Part shown: in pieces, positions 18,330 to 27,792 of the stretch
Layout: each line of letters begins with the position of its first letter
How positions within the stretch are numbered: position 1 is the first letter of the stretch
DNA from: Planctomycetota bacterium
GTDB taxonomy: Bacteria; Planctomycetota; Planctomycetia; JALXBF01
Assembly (NCBI GenBank): GCA_026991575.1
Contig: JALXBF010000049.1
Location: forward strand, 1 to 64,000
DNA length: 64,000 nucleotides
Reading direction: 5' to 3'
Made by a program: the position numbers and the translations under genes
The notes under the pieces: model-generated
What the model was told of the DNA's origin: nothing
What the model saw: only the letters and a program-made list of their open reading frames with translations
Databases searched by the model: none

Positions 18330-18358
18330 AGCGTACGGATGCGCCGAATGCCGTGCAA
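18330..18358 (-). promoter_or_regulatory. Putative sigma70 promoter of the ATPase-SPFH operon
   Basis: Minus strand TTGCAC-17 nt-TACGCT, ~165 nt upstream of the start codon. Confidence 0.4.
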
Positions 18359-18373
18359 CGCGCAGAGCGAAGC

Positions 18374-19189
18374 TCAGGGAAAGTAGCGACGACTCTGGTA
18401 GACCAGCCGGCCATAGGCCTCGATGCGCGCCCGCTCCTGGTAGGTCACCGGCCGCCAATCGTCCAGAAGCGTGAGGTTCTCCATCAGCTCCCTGCGGTTC
18501 CCCGGCGCCATGAGGACCACGGCCACGTCCGGGTGGGACAGAGCGTAACGATAACATTCTACCGCACTCAACGGTCGATCCCGGCCGTTGCCCGGCAGTG
18601 GCCGGATCAAGTGGCCCCAGCGCAACGCGGTGAACACGACGACGGGTAACCCCATCGCCCGCGTCACTGGGAAAACGTCTCGCTCCGCACCCCGGTGCGC
18701 CGCGTTGTACCGCACCATCAGCAGATCCAGGGCACCGCCGCGAGCAAGCTCCGCAGCAAGCCGGCGGTTATGCGTCGTCAGGCCAATCATCCGCACCGCT
18801 CCGGCCCGCTTCAGCTCCGTTAGCAGTCGGTGGGCCCCTCGGCGCGGCTCCATGATCTGCTGCCACTCTTCCATGCGTTGAACGTAGTAGTACGTGACGA
18901 CGTCCACATAGTCGGTACCCAGCTTCGTGCAGATCGTGTCAAACTCGCGAGCGGCCTCATCGTACGCACGGGCCTCAAACTGAACCGCCACGCAAACGTC
19001 ACGCCTTCTGCTGCCAAGGTTGCGCACAGCGCGCTGCAGACCGTCCTCATGACCACACCAGTTCCAGTAGTTCACCCCACGCTCCAACGCCAACCACACC
19101 CCCGCCTCATCCACGGCCGCATTGCCGCGCGTGGCCAGACCAAGCCGGCAGACTGTCCCGCATTGTCCCAGTGCTACGACGCGTTCCAT
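18374..19189 (-). CDS. Aldo/keto reductase family protein
   Basis: LGTDYVD, GAVRMIGLTTH, MVRYNAAH, ELMENL. Confidence 0.8.
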   Translation of the reverse strand: MERVVALGQCGTVCRLGLATRGNAAVDEAGVWLALERGVNYWNWCGHEDGLQRAVRNLGSRRRDVCVAVQFEARAYDEAAREFDTICTKLGTDYVDVVTYYYVQRMEEWQQIMEPRRGAHRLLTELKRAGAVRMIGLTTHNRRLAAELARGGALDLLMVRYNAAHRGAERDVFPVTRAMGLPVVVFTALRWGHLIRPLPGNGRDRPLSAVECYRYALSHPDVAVVLMAPGNRRELMENLTLLDDWRPVTYQERARIEAYGRLVYQSRRYFP

Positions 19190-19374
19190 GGTGCCTCCGC
19201 TCAGCCAACCAGGCGCGCATCGTACGGCAGCCAGGCACCACTTGCCTGCACCGAAGAAGGCACGTTAATTCTGGTATGCTGCAGTACGTATCCGCTGTTC
19301 GGTGCAAACTCGACGTTCCTATGCGAACGCGGACCCCGCCACGGCCAGACTCTCATCGGTTTGCGGAACTGAAG

Positions 19375-22300
19375 ATGAACCGGCATACCATGCTGTTTCT
19401 TTCCTGCCTCACGCTGCTGCCCCTTACGCCACTTGCTGCCCACGGTTCGGAGAGGTCGACGGCAGCGGGAGCCGTCGCCAAAGCACCACGGCCACCCCTT
19501 TCGCCCACCGCCGCGACTGCGGCGTTTCAGATTCAGGATGGCTACCGTGTCGAGCTGGCGGCCTGTGAACCGGACGTCGTGGACCCAACGTTTGTGGCGT
19601 TTGATGAAGCCGGACGGATGTGGGTCGTGGAGATGCCGGGATATCCGACTGGCGGCCCGGACGGCAAAGGACCGAAGGGACGCATCAAGATCCTGACCGA
19701 TCCCGACGGCGATGGCCGCTACACACTTGCCAGTGTCTTCGCCGACAATCTCAGCTACGTGCACGGCGTCCAACCGTGGCGTGGCGGCGTGATCGCGGCT
19801 ATGGCACCGCACATCGTTTACCTGGCCGACAACGATGGCGACGGTCGCATGGACAGCAGCGAAGTCTGGTACACTGGGTTCTCGACAACCAATCCTCAGC
19901 TCTACGTCAACACGCCCACATTCGCCTACGACAACTGGATCTATGTGGCCAACGGCCTACGCGGCGGGAACGTCCGGGACGCTCGTAAGCCGTCGGCGGT
20001 ACTGCTGTCGATCCGGGACAGGGACTTTCGCTTCCAGCCACAGACCGGCGAATATGAGGCTGTGGCCGGTGGTGCCCAGTACGGCCTGAGCTTCGATTCC
20101 TGGGGCAATCGCTTCATCTGCTCCAATCGAAACCACATTCGGCACGTTGTCATGGAGCTGCATTACCTGGAGCGAGTCCCCTACTTGCCGGTGACGCGGC
20201 CAGTGCTGGACATCCCAGACCACGGAGCCGCGGCCAGGCTGTTCACCATCAGCAGCAACTGGACCACGTCCAACCTGCACCGCGGCACGTTCACGGCAGC
20301 GTGTGGGTTGTCGATCTACGTGGGCGACTTGATGCCCGAACTGGCGGGCAATGCCTTCGTCTGTGATCCGACGGCCAATGTCGTGCACCGCGACCTGTTG
20401 ACCCCCGCCGGTGTCACGTTCGTCGCCACCCGTGTCCCGACGGATCGCGAATTCCTCGCCTCACGCGACGATTGGTTTCGACCGGTGCACACCACTACCG
20501 GGCCTGACGGGGCGCTGTACATCGTTGACATGTACCGGGCCGTCATCGAGCACCCGGACTTCATGCCCCCCGAACTGAAGAACCGGCCGGACCTGTACTC
20601 TGGCAACCGCCTGGGACGCATCTGGCGAATCGTGCCGGAGAACCGGCCGGGCAAGCCGGTGCGCCCGTTGCCGCACGATCCAGACCGGCTCATTGAACTG
20701 CTCGGCCACCCGAACGGGTGGGTTCGGCGTACGGCGCACCGGCTGCTTCTGCAACTCGGCCCCCGCGACAGCGAACAGCTCCTTCGCCGGGTTGCTCGTC
20801 AGGCCCGGCCACCGGCGCGCATGCACGCGCTCTGGGTACTGGAAGGGACGGACCTGCTGACCGAAGAAGACGTCCTCGCGGCCCTCGACGCGAAGGATCC
20901 CCATCTGGTGGAGCACGCCATCAAGCTGGTCGAGCGTCGGTGCAGGCCCGTTACCAACAAGACCGGAGTTCGGCTGCCGGAACCCGTGTGGTCGCAGGCA
21001 CGGGCTCGGATCGTGCAGCTTCTTGATCACCGCTCCGTACGCGTCCGCTACCAGGCACTGCTTACGCTCGGCTACTTCCCGGAACACGTCCATATCAAAC
21101 GATTCGCGGCGGCGCTTGCGCGTGACGGTGCCGATCCGTGGCTGCGGCTGGCCGTCGCCTCAGCAGCCGGCAAGCAGGCCTGGCGGCTCTTGAGGGCGTT
21201 GTCTGTGCTCAAGAGGTGGCACTCCGCCGACCCGGACACGCGTCTGGCGATACTTGAGCTGCTTGGCACGTTGATCGGCGGTGCCGGTGACGAGGCGCCG
21301 GTGAGGGAAGCGTTGACGGCAGCGGTACGCGGCGAGTTGGGCATAGAACGACAGGAGCTGATCGTCTTCACCGCAGGCATCGCCAGCGGGCTAGCACGAC
21401 GCAGACGCTCGCCCAGAACCATGCTCGGGGCGCCGTGGGCAGCACCGCTTGCCGCTATTCTGCTGAGCTACGCCCACGACGTCGATCCGAAGCAGCCGCC
21501 GAGTAAGGTCACCACCGAGTTGATCCGGCTGCTCGGCTGGCTGCCGGACGAACAAGCGGCAAGACGGCTCGCTTCATGGATCGAAATGACCGACGCGAAC
21601 ACCCAGTTCCGTGCCGCCGCGATTCAGGCGATTGGGCTGCACCGGGACGAGCAAGCGGTGAGCGTCTTGCTGGGGCGTTGGAAAGCGCTTTTGCCGGCCG
21701 AACGACGCGCGGCTGCCGCGGTCCTGCTGCGGAACCGGAACCGCGCCATGAGACTGCTGGAAGCAATCAAACGGGGGCAGGTGGCTGCCACGGAACTGGA
21801 CAAGGCGCGGCTCCAGCAGCTTCGCAACTACCCGGACCCCACGGTGCGGGCCGAGGCCCGTCGCGTCCTCGCACAGCTTCGCCCGGCCGATCGTCAGAAG
21901 GTGATCGAGCAGTACCGGGTTGCCCTGAAGCTTGAGGGTAACTTCCAGCGCGGAAAGGAGATCTTTCGCCACAAGTGCGCGAGCTGTCACCGAGTGGCCG
22001 GAATGGGTGCGGACGTCGGCCCGGATATCTCCGACACCAGGATCCGCTCGGCTGAGTCGTTGCTGACGGACATTCTGGATCCGAACCGCGCCATTGATGC
22101 CAACTATGTCAACTACGTCGTGCTCACCAGAGACGGCCAGGTCTATACCGGAATCATCGCGGGCGAAACCGCAACCGCCATCACGCTGGTGCGGGGGGCC
22201 AACGAGAAGAGCACGATCCTCAAGGAGCAGATCGAATCGATCCGGTCCACGGGCCAGTCGCTGATGCCGGAAGGTTTCGAACAGGAGTTGACGCCGCAGG

Positions 22301-22395
22301 ATCTGGCGGACTTGATTTTCTTCTTGAAGAACTGGCGTTATCTGGAATCGTCCAAAGAACCCGGCGCGCCGCCGGTACCGGGCGTGAATCGCTAG
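19375..22395 (+). CDS. PVC-type heme-binding CxxCH protein (membrane-bound dehydrogenase-like beta-propeller, HEAT-like repeats, cytochrome c)
   Basis: Signal peptide, FDEAGRMWVVEM, DTDGDG-like repeats, FRPV...GPDGALYIVDMYR, CASCH, SLMPEG; start set to ATG 19375. Confidence 0.9.
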   Translation: MNRHTMLFLSCLTLLPLTPLAAHGSERSTAAGAVAKAPRPPLSPTAATAAFQIQDGYRVELAACEPDVVDPTFVAFDEAGRMWVVEMPGYPTGGPDGKGPKGRIKILTDPDGDGRYTLASVFADNLSYVHGVQPWRGGVIAAMAPHIVYLADNDGDGRMDSSEVWYTGFSTTNPQLYVNTPTFAYDNWIYVANGLRGGNVRDARKPSAVLLSIRDRDFRFQPQTGEYEAVAGGAQYGLSFDSWGNRFICSNRNHIRHVVMELHYLERVPYLPVTRPVLDIPDHGAAARLFTISSNWTTSNLHRGTFTAACGLSIYVGDLMPELAGNAFVCDPTANVVHRDLLTPAGVTFVATRVPTDREFLASRDDWFRPVHTTTGPDGALYIVDMYRAVIEHPDFMPPELKNRPDLYSGNRLGRIWRIVPENRPGKPVRPLPHDPDRLIELLGHPNGWVRRTAHRLLLQLGPRDSEQLLRRVARQARPPARMHALWVLEGTDLLTEEDVLAALDAKDPHLVEHAIKLVERRCRPVTNKTGVRLPEPVWSQARARIVQLLDHRSVRVRYQALLTLGYFPEHVHIKRFAAALARDGADPWLRLAVASAAGKQAWRLLRALSVLKRWHSADPDTRLAILELLGTLIGGAGDEAPVREALTAAVRGELGIERQELIVFTAGIASGLARRRRSPRTMLGAPWAAPLAAILLSYAHDVDPKQPPSKVTTELIRLLGWLPDEQAARRLASWIEMTDANTQFRAAAIQAIGLHRDEQAVSVLLGRWKALLPAERRAAAAVLLRNRNRAMRLLEAIKRGQVAATELDKARLQQLRNYPDPTVRAEARRVLAQLRPADRQKVIEQYRVALKLEGNFQRGKEIFRHKCASCHRVAGMGADVGPDISDTRIRSAESLLTDILDPNRAIDANYVNYVVLTRDGQVYTGIIAGETATAITLVRGANEKSTILKEQIESIRSTGQSLMPEGFEQELTPQDLADLIFFLKNWRYLESSKEPGAPPVPGVNR

Positions 22396-22408
22396 GGGAG
22401 CAAGCGTC

Positions 22409-23206
22409 ATGCAGCTTGGCATCGTCACCTACATGATCGCTGCCCGCTGGCCGCTGGAAAAGATCATCCGCGTGCTAGTGGATGTTGGGTTGCGCGGCGT
22501 CGAGTTGCGCACGACCCATCGGCACGGAGTCGAGGACAGGCTGGATGCGGCCGAGCGCGCGCGCGTGCGCCGGTTGTTTGAACGATCGGGTGTCCAGCTC
22601 GTCGGACTGGGTACTGCCTTCGAATTCGACTCCCCGGACCCGGCCGTTGTGCGCAGGAACATCGACGGTGCGAAGCGGTACATTGAGCTGGCTCACGACG
22701 TTGGCGGCTACGGGATCAAAGTCCGGCCCAACCGGCTGCACACGGACCGGGGCATCCCCGCGGAGCAAACCATACGCCAGATTGCCGCAGCGCTCCGCGA
22801 GCTCGGTGACTATGGCGCCGGCTTCGGCATCCGTATCCGCGTCGAGGTACACGGCCGTGGGACGTCGCGGATCGACGTGATGCAGGCAATCATGCGTCAG
22901 ACCAATCATCCGAATGTCTACGTTTGCTGGAACTGTAACCAGACCGATCTGGACGACCCGAAAGCTCCTGCAGGTCGTCGTTCGATCCGCCGCAGCTTCG
23001 GTCTGCTCCGCCGCTGGATTGAAATCGTCCACATCCACGAGCTGTACGATGACGGCTACCCGTATGGGGAGCTGTTCCAGTTGCTGCGTGCTGCGGGCTT
23101 TGATGGGTACACGCTGGCGGAGATCCCGGCATGTCGCTGCGACGACGATGCCGTGCGGCTGCTGCGGTACTACAAGGCCCTCTGGCAGCGGCTGCAGGCC
23201 GGCTAG
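22409..23206 (+). CDS. Sugar phosphate isomerase/epimerase (xylose isomerase-like TIM barrel)
   Basis: GVELRTTHRHGVE, IRVEVHG, VHIHEL, TLAE. Confidence 0.85.
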   Translation: MQLGIVTYMIAARWPLEKIIRVLVDVGLRGVELRTTHRHGVEDRLDAAERARVRRLFERSGVQLVGLGTAFEFDSPDPAVVRRNIDGAKRYIELAHDVGGYGIKVRPNRLHTDRGIPAEQTIRQIAAALRELGDYGAGFGIRIRVEVHGRGTSRIDVMQAIMRQTNHPNVYVCWNCNQTDLDDPKAPAGRRSIRRSFGLLRRWIEIVHIHELYDDGYPYGELFQLLRAAGFDGYTLAEIPACRCDDDAVRLLRYYKALWQRLQAG

Positions 23207-23799
23207 TCGGTGCCGGCAATACCCAGTGACTCACGCAGCCGTCGGATCTGCTCGTGCATCGGTCCCGGATGGATCACGTGCAACGAGCCGCTGGGAGTCG
23301 GTCGCACGACCCATTCGGCAAACGCAGGCCCTGGGCACTCCATAAACCAACGGGCGTCGTTACGCCAGTCCGTCACGTCTTCGTAGCGGCGGGCAACAGC
23401 AAAGCCGGCCGCTCGCGCTAGCGCTGCGTAGTCGACCCGCCCGGCTCCGGCCGTCGGCTGTTTGCCGGTGACCTCATAGACCCCGTTGTTGACAACGATG
23501 AGCCGGTAGTTGCGGGGGCCTGCATCGGCGATGGTCACCAGAGAGCCGAGGTTCATGAGCATGCAGCCGTCACCGTTGATCACGACGACGTTCACCTCAG
23601 GCCGGGCCAGTGCGAGCCCCAGGCCCAGCGCCGGCGCCTGCCCCATGCTGGAGGGCATGTAGAAGAAATCGCGTGCATGGCGCGACATCTTCAGCCATTC
23701 GCGCTCGGCCGCCATCGTGGTCACAACGACCGCATCGCCCCTGACTTCTCGGAGCGCGGCCAGCATTTCTTTCAGGTCTGCCGTGGCTGCTGCTGTCAT
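23203..23799 (-). CDS. Thiamine diphosphate-dependent decarboxylase beta subunit (ComE/phosphonopyruvate decarboxylase-like)
   Basis: SSMGQA, ThDP motif GDGCMLMNLG...NNGVY, TGKQPT. Confidence 0.85.
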   Translation of the reverse strand: MTAAATADLKEMLAALREVRGDAVVVTTMAAEREWLKMSRHARDFFYMPSSMGQAPALGLGLALARPEVNVVVINGDGCMLMNLGSLVTIADAGPRNYRLIVVNNGVYEVTGKQPTAGAGRVDYAALARAAGFAVARRYEDVTDWRNDARWFMECPGPAFAEWVVRPTPSGSLHVIHPGPMHEQIRRLRESLGIAGTD

Positions 23800-23814
23800 C
23801 GTCGCGCCGCCCTC

Positions 23815-24303
23815 CTAGAGCCGCCTTTCGGCCAGGGCTGCCACCCCGGCCTGATTCTGCGCCCTGAGCTGTTCGTAGAACGCCGCGATCGCTTCGATAC
23901 CGTCGTCAGGCTCGATGACGCGGTATGGCAACTTCCAGGCCTTCAGAATCGGCTCAAAGAACCGCGGCGCGCTGTCACCCGTGGCCCGATCCCGCGCGTC
24001 GTAGTTCCGATAGCCGACCAGCATGAACAGCGGCACGCCCAGGTCGTAGACGACGTTTCGAATCGCATCGCCGGCCTCAAAGAAGCCGGTACACTGGATG
24101 GCCACGACCGGATGAGCGCCCCCCAGCCATAATCCGGCTGCAATCGCGATCGCCTCCCCCTCGCGGCACGCCCGGATCAACCGGACCTGATCGGAACCAA
24201 CCAGCGCGCCTTCCCATTGGCCGAGCTCGCTGTCGGGCAGCCAAACAAGGTGCGTGACGCCGCAGCGTTCCAACCAGCCAACGAGTTCCTCACCGCCAAT
24301 CAC
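23815..24303 (-). CDS. Thiamine diphosphate-dependent decarboxylase alpha subunit (ComD-like)
   Basis: WLPDSEL, REGEAIAIAAG, QCTG, LVGYR; GTG 24303 overlaps the upstream TGA. Confidence 0.8.
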   Translation of the reverse strand: MIGGEELVGWLERCGVTHLVWLPDSELGQWEGALVGSDQVRLIRACREGEAIAIAAGLWLGGAHPVVAIQCTGFFEAGDAIRNVVYDLGVPLFMLVGYRNYDARDRATGDSAPRFFEPILKAWKLPYRVIEPDDGIEAIAAFYEQLRAQNQAGVAALAERRL

Positions 24304-25412
24304 CGTGATGCACTCCCGCGTGCGTCGCGTGGGAAGGTTTGCAATCGGATAAGCGGCTCGATGACAACCAGCGGCTTGCCCGCTTCGTCCACCTTGACCC
24401 TGTAGGTCAGCGAGGCCGGACGGAGCGCGTCCTTGAAGCACAGCGCCAGCGCACGGTTGCGACAGCCAACGTCCACCACCACCTCGCCAATGTCGATCTT
24501 CTGCTTGGCCAGCGCCAGGTGGTCGACCAGGAACGGAACACGACAGTGTACCGCCAGCGAGGCAATGAGCTGCATCGCGGGCAGGCGGCGCGGTGGGATC
24601 GTAACTCGTTCGAAGAGCCGGGGCACCAACTGGCCGGGCGGCTCAGCGGCCTTCCAACCAACAGGCCACGGCCGTTGCAGCGCACTGGCAGCGTCGATCA
24701 TCAGCGTCACCGAGCTCGGACCGGTGCGGCGCGGTGCGAACCCGAGACCGGCCGAACCGAGCACGTGCGCCAGAGCCGTGCCGAGGCTGACGCTCTTCAG
24801 CTCAACAGCCACCCGACGTTCTGCTACCGTCTTCTTCGCCCCCTCGGCAACACGAATCGGCAGTTCGATGCGCGCGCGCACGTCGTCCACCAGCTCGCTT
24901 AACGGTACCGCTTCATACTGAAATTGGGCCGGCCCAGCCAGGGCGCGGAACACGTGTACGAACATCGGCTCGGGTAAGTCCCAGTGTTCGGTCTTGGGAG
25001 CGAAGGCCAGCGGTCCCTCGGCACGAATCCGGCTCAGTAATTGCTCCAGCCCGCGACGGTCGCCGGGACGGATCACACTGTTACCGATGCGAAGTGAGCC
25101 GGAGCGAAGCAGCATGGCGCGGACCAGCAAGCGGTCCTTGCCAAGCGGCTCGACCGCAGCGGCATCCGCGGGTACTCGGCCGACCTGCCGCACACTGGCA
25201 GCCCCGGCGCGCCGCAGGAGCCGAGTCCAGTTCAAGACCACCGCCTTAGGCACAACCGGATCAGCGATTAGCTCAACGTCGATGGCGAACCCGGCGGCCG
25301 TTTGCGCCGCGGGTGCGACGGGTGACTGGGACCAGCATGTGGCAAGGACGAGCACGAGCGCGGCGGCAATCGATCGGTGCACGTCCGGAAGCCATCGAGC
25401 GGGTGCGGACAT
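24300..25412 (-). CDS. Hypothetical exported protein with two STN/secretin-N0-like repeats
   Basis: Signal peptide; YEAVPLSELV...SLGTALAHVL..AGL and LPAMQLI...LALCFKDAL..ASLTY repeats; start ATG 25412 avoids overlap with the neighbour. Confidence 0.6.
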   Translation of the reverse strand: MSAPARWLPDVHRSIAAALVLVLATCWSQSPVAPAAQTAAGFAIDVELIADPVVPKAVVLNWTRLLRRAGAASVRQVGRVPADAAAVEPLGKDRLLVRAMLLRSGSLRIGNSVIRPGDRRGLEQLLSRIRAEGPLAFAPKTEHWDLPEPMFVHVFRALAGPAQFQYEAVPLSELVDDVRARIELPIRVAEGAKKTVAERRVAVELKSVSLGTALAHVLGSAGLGFAPRRTGPSSVTLMIDAASALQRPWPVGWKAAEPPGQLVPRLFERVTIPPRRLPAMQLIASLAVHCRVPFLVDHLALAKQKIDIGEVVVDVGCRNRALALCFKDALRPASLTYRVKVDEAGKPLVVIEPLIRLQTFPRDARGSASR

Positions 25413-25449
25413 CGGGCTGTGTTGGTCCTGTGTTGCAAGGTCCTGCGGC

Positions 25450-26250
25450 TCAGCGGTTGCCGGCGTCTCCTGCGCCGCCGGGCTTGCGGAAAACACATTG
25501 CCCCCACCGGTCCAACGGGTTCGATTTTACGTGCGCCTCGAACGTCAACCCGGCGGCTTCGGCCAACCGCACAAGCAGTTTGGCCGGGACCGCGGGGCCT
25601 GGGTCCACGGCGGCAATGCCGCCGGGTTGCAACGCACACACAGCGTGCGCCAGAACCCGTGCGGCATCGTCGGGGCGCAGGTGATGTCCGATCACGCCGG
25701 TGGCGTTGACCAGATCAACCGAACCGGGCGCGACCGGCGCCCCGTCGGGCCAGCGCCAGTCGTCGACGATGTTCTGGCAGCGGAACAGTACCCGTGCCGG
25801 GCGCCCGCCGCCGAAGGCATGGTGCCGGTACTGCCTGCGCCGCGCTGCGCGGACGAGCGGCTCAGCCCCTTCCAGGGCAAGGATCGTGGAGCCGGGTGGC
25901 AAGAAGCAGGCTAGCACCTCGGTGGACTGCCCCGTTCCTGCACCGAGGTCGATGGCCACCAGGGGTCTGAGCGGCAGGCGGCCCGAAATGGCCCGGGGGA
26001 TAGTCCGCCAGCTGGCCCACCGCTGGCGCGCGTTGATGGCGTCGAACTCCTCGGGGCTCATTCGCGCGTAGACGCTCAGGGCCCGTTCCGGATCGGCAAT
26101 GCGAAAGCTTGGCGCGCGCCGCTGCCACCGGCGTTCTGCAATGAACTGCTTCGTGACCGCCTCCAGCGGTGACAGAGGCGTGTAGCGTGCGACCAGCCGC
26201 TCAGGAATTTCCAGCACGGGTTCAGCGGTGGCGCTCGGTTGGCCCGGCAT
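25450..26250 (-). CDS. Class I SAM-dependent methyltransferase
   Basis: IDLGAGTG, SVDLV, LQPGG; starts 3 nt after the rtcB stop. Confidence 0.8.
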   Translation of the reverse strand: MPGQPSATAEPVLEIPERLVARYTPLSPLEAVTKQFIAERRWQRRAPSFRIADPERALSVYARMSPEEFDAINARQRWASWRTIPRAISGRLPLRPLVAIDLGAGTGQSTEVLACFLPPGSTILALEGAEPLVRAARRRQYRHHAFGGGRPARVLFRCQNIVDDWRWPDGAPVAPGSVDLVNATGVIGHHLRPDDAARVLAHAVCALQPGGIAAVDPGPAVPAKLLVRLAEAAGLTFEAHVKSNPLDRWGQCVFRKPGGAGDAGNR

Positions 26251-26253
26251 GTC

Positions 26254-27717
26254 CTAGCCCTTGATGACACCGATCGGCCGCATTTTGGCCACTTTCTTGG
26301 ACAGCCCTGCGTTGTGGACGACTTCGACAACCAGGTCCACGTCCTTGTATGCCTTCGGCTGCTCCTCGGGCAGCTCGCGCCGACTCCGTGCTCGGGCAAT
26401 AACGCCAATCCGCTCCAGCTCCTGGTCGATTCTCCGGCCGCGTGCGTCGCGCACGGCCGCAGCCCGACTCATCCGGCGGCCGGCACCATGGCAACTCGTG
26501 CCGAACGTCTGTTCCAACGCCCCCGGCTGGCCAACGAGCACCCAGCTTGCCGTGCCCATGGAGCCGGGAATCAGCACCGGCTGACCGATCGAGCGATACG
26601 CCTCAGGAATCTCTGGATGGCCCGGCGGGAACGCTCGGGTTGCCCCCTTTCGGTGGACCCAGACCCACTTCTCCTCGCCGTCGATCCGGTGCTTCTCCAG
26701 TTTCGCGATGTTGTGGGCCACGTCATAGACAACGTGCACACCAAGCTCTTCCCAAGGACGCCCGAAGAACTCCTGCAGCACCTCCCGCGTCTGCTGCAGG
26801 AGCAGCTGGCGGTTGGACCAGGCAAAGTTGGCTGCTGCCCGCATGGCGCCGATGTACTGGCGTCCCTCCGGGCTGTTGACCGGAGCACAGACGAGCTGCC
26901 GATCGGGCAGCTTGATGCCGTACCGCTCGGGCACTCCGCGGAGCTTTTGCAAGTAGTCATCGCAGACCTGGTAGCCAAAGCCCCGCGAGCCGCTATGGAT
27001 CATGATGCAGAGCTGGCCCTCGAACAGCCCCATCACGCGGGCAGCCTCCTCGTCGCAGATCTCGCTGCAAATCTGCAGCTCCAAGAAGTGATTGCCGGAA
27101 CCGAGCGTACCGCACTGCTCTTCGCCCCGCTCGTATGCCCGGTCCGACACGAAATCTGGCTCGGCGCCTTCGAGGCGTCCATGTGCTTCGGTAAATTCCA
27201 GGTCACGCGGAATGCCCAACCCCTTCTGCTCGACCAGGTAGCGGGGCCCTTCGGTCACGAGCTTGCGAAGTTCTTTCTTCGGAAACGAGTACTTTCCGGT
27301 GCGGCCCACTCCGGTAGGAATCCTGCGGAACAGCAGGTCCACCAGTTCGCGCACACGGTCACGCACGTCCTCGACCGTTAGGTCGGTGCGTACCAAGCGA
27401 ACGCCGCAGTTGATGTCATAGCCGACACCGCCGGGCGAGATCACACCGCCTTCGTCTGGGTCCATCGCCGCAACGCCGCCGATGGCGAAGCCGTAGCCCC
27501 AGTGGATGTCGGGCATCGCCAGGCTGTATTTCTGGATGCCGGGCAGCGTAGCAACGTTGGCCACCTGTTCGGGCGCCTGGTCGCGGCGGATCTGCTCGAT
27601 CAGCTCCTCGCTGGCGTAGATCAGGCCGGGCACACGCATGCCCGGTTTGTAGTCCTGCGGAATTAGCCACTGATAGGGACCGACTCGCTCCAACGGTCCA
27701 CGGTAACCCTCTGCCAT
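26254..27717 (-). CDS. rtcB: RtcB RNA 3'-phosphate/5'-OH ligase, archaeal/eukaryotic-like type
   Basis: MPDIHWGYGF, GYDINCG, GSGNHFLE, IHSGSRG, HNIAK, HRKGAT, PGSMG, HGAGR, AYKDV. Confidence 0.97.
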   Translation of the reverse strand: MAEGYRGPLERVGPYQWLIPQDYKPGMRVPGLIYASEELIEQIRRDQAPEQVANVATLPGIQKYSLAMPDIHWGYGFAIGGVAAMDPDEGGVISPGGVGYDINCGVRLVRTDLTVEDVRDRVRELVDLLFRRIPTGVGRTGKYSFPKKELRKLVTEGPRYLVEQKGLGIPRDLEFTEAHGRLEGAEPDFVSDRAYERGEEQCGTLGSGNHFLELQICSEICDEEAARVMGLFEGQLCIMIHSGSRGFGYQVCDDYLQKLRGVPERYGIKLPDRQLVCAPVNSPEGRQYIGAMRAAANFAWSNRQLLLQQTREVLQEFFGRPWEELGVHVVYDVAHNIAKLEKHRIDGEEKWVWVHRKGATRAFPPGHPEIPEAYRSIGQPVLIPGSMGTASWVLVGQPGALEQTFGTSCHGAGRRMSRAAAVRDARGRRIDQELERIGVIARARSRRELPEEQPKAYKDVDLVVEVVHNAGLSKKVAKMRPIGVIKG

Positions 27718-27792
27718 CCCGTACCTCCCGCGTCTGACGACGCCTGCCGCGCTACCGATTGAGGCTCAACGGAAGGATATCGTTGCAGGGGT

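Noticed and set aside
18166..18330. Assigning the leader to the yybP-ykoY or NiCo riboswitch
   Set aside because: Hallmark segments such as GGGGAGUA...GAGACC or CUGAGCAGG...GGGACAG are not visible; kept only as an unassigned candidate
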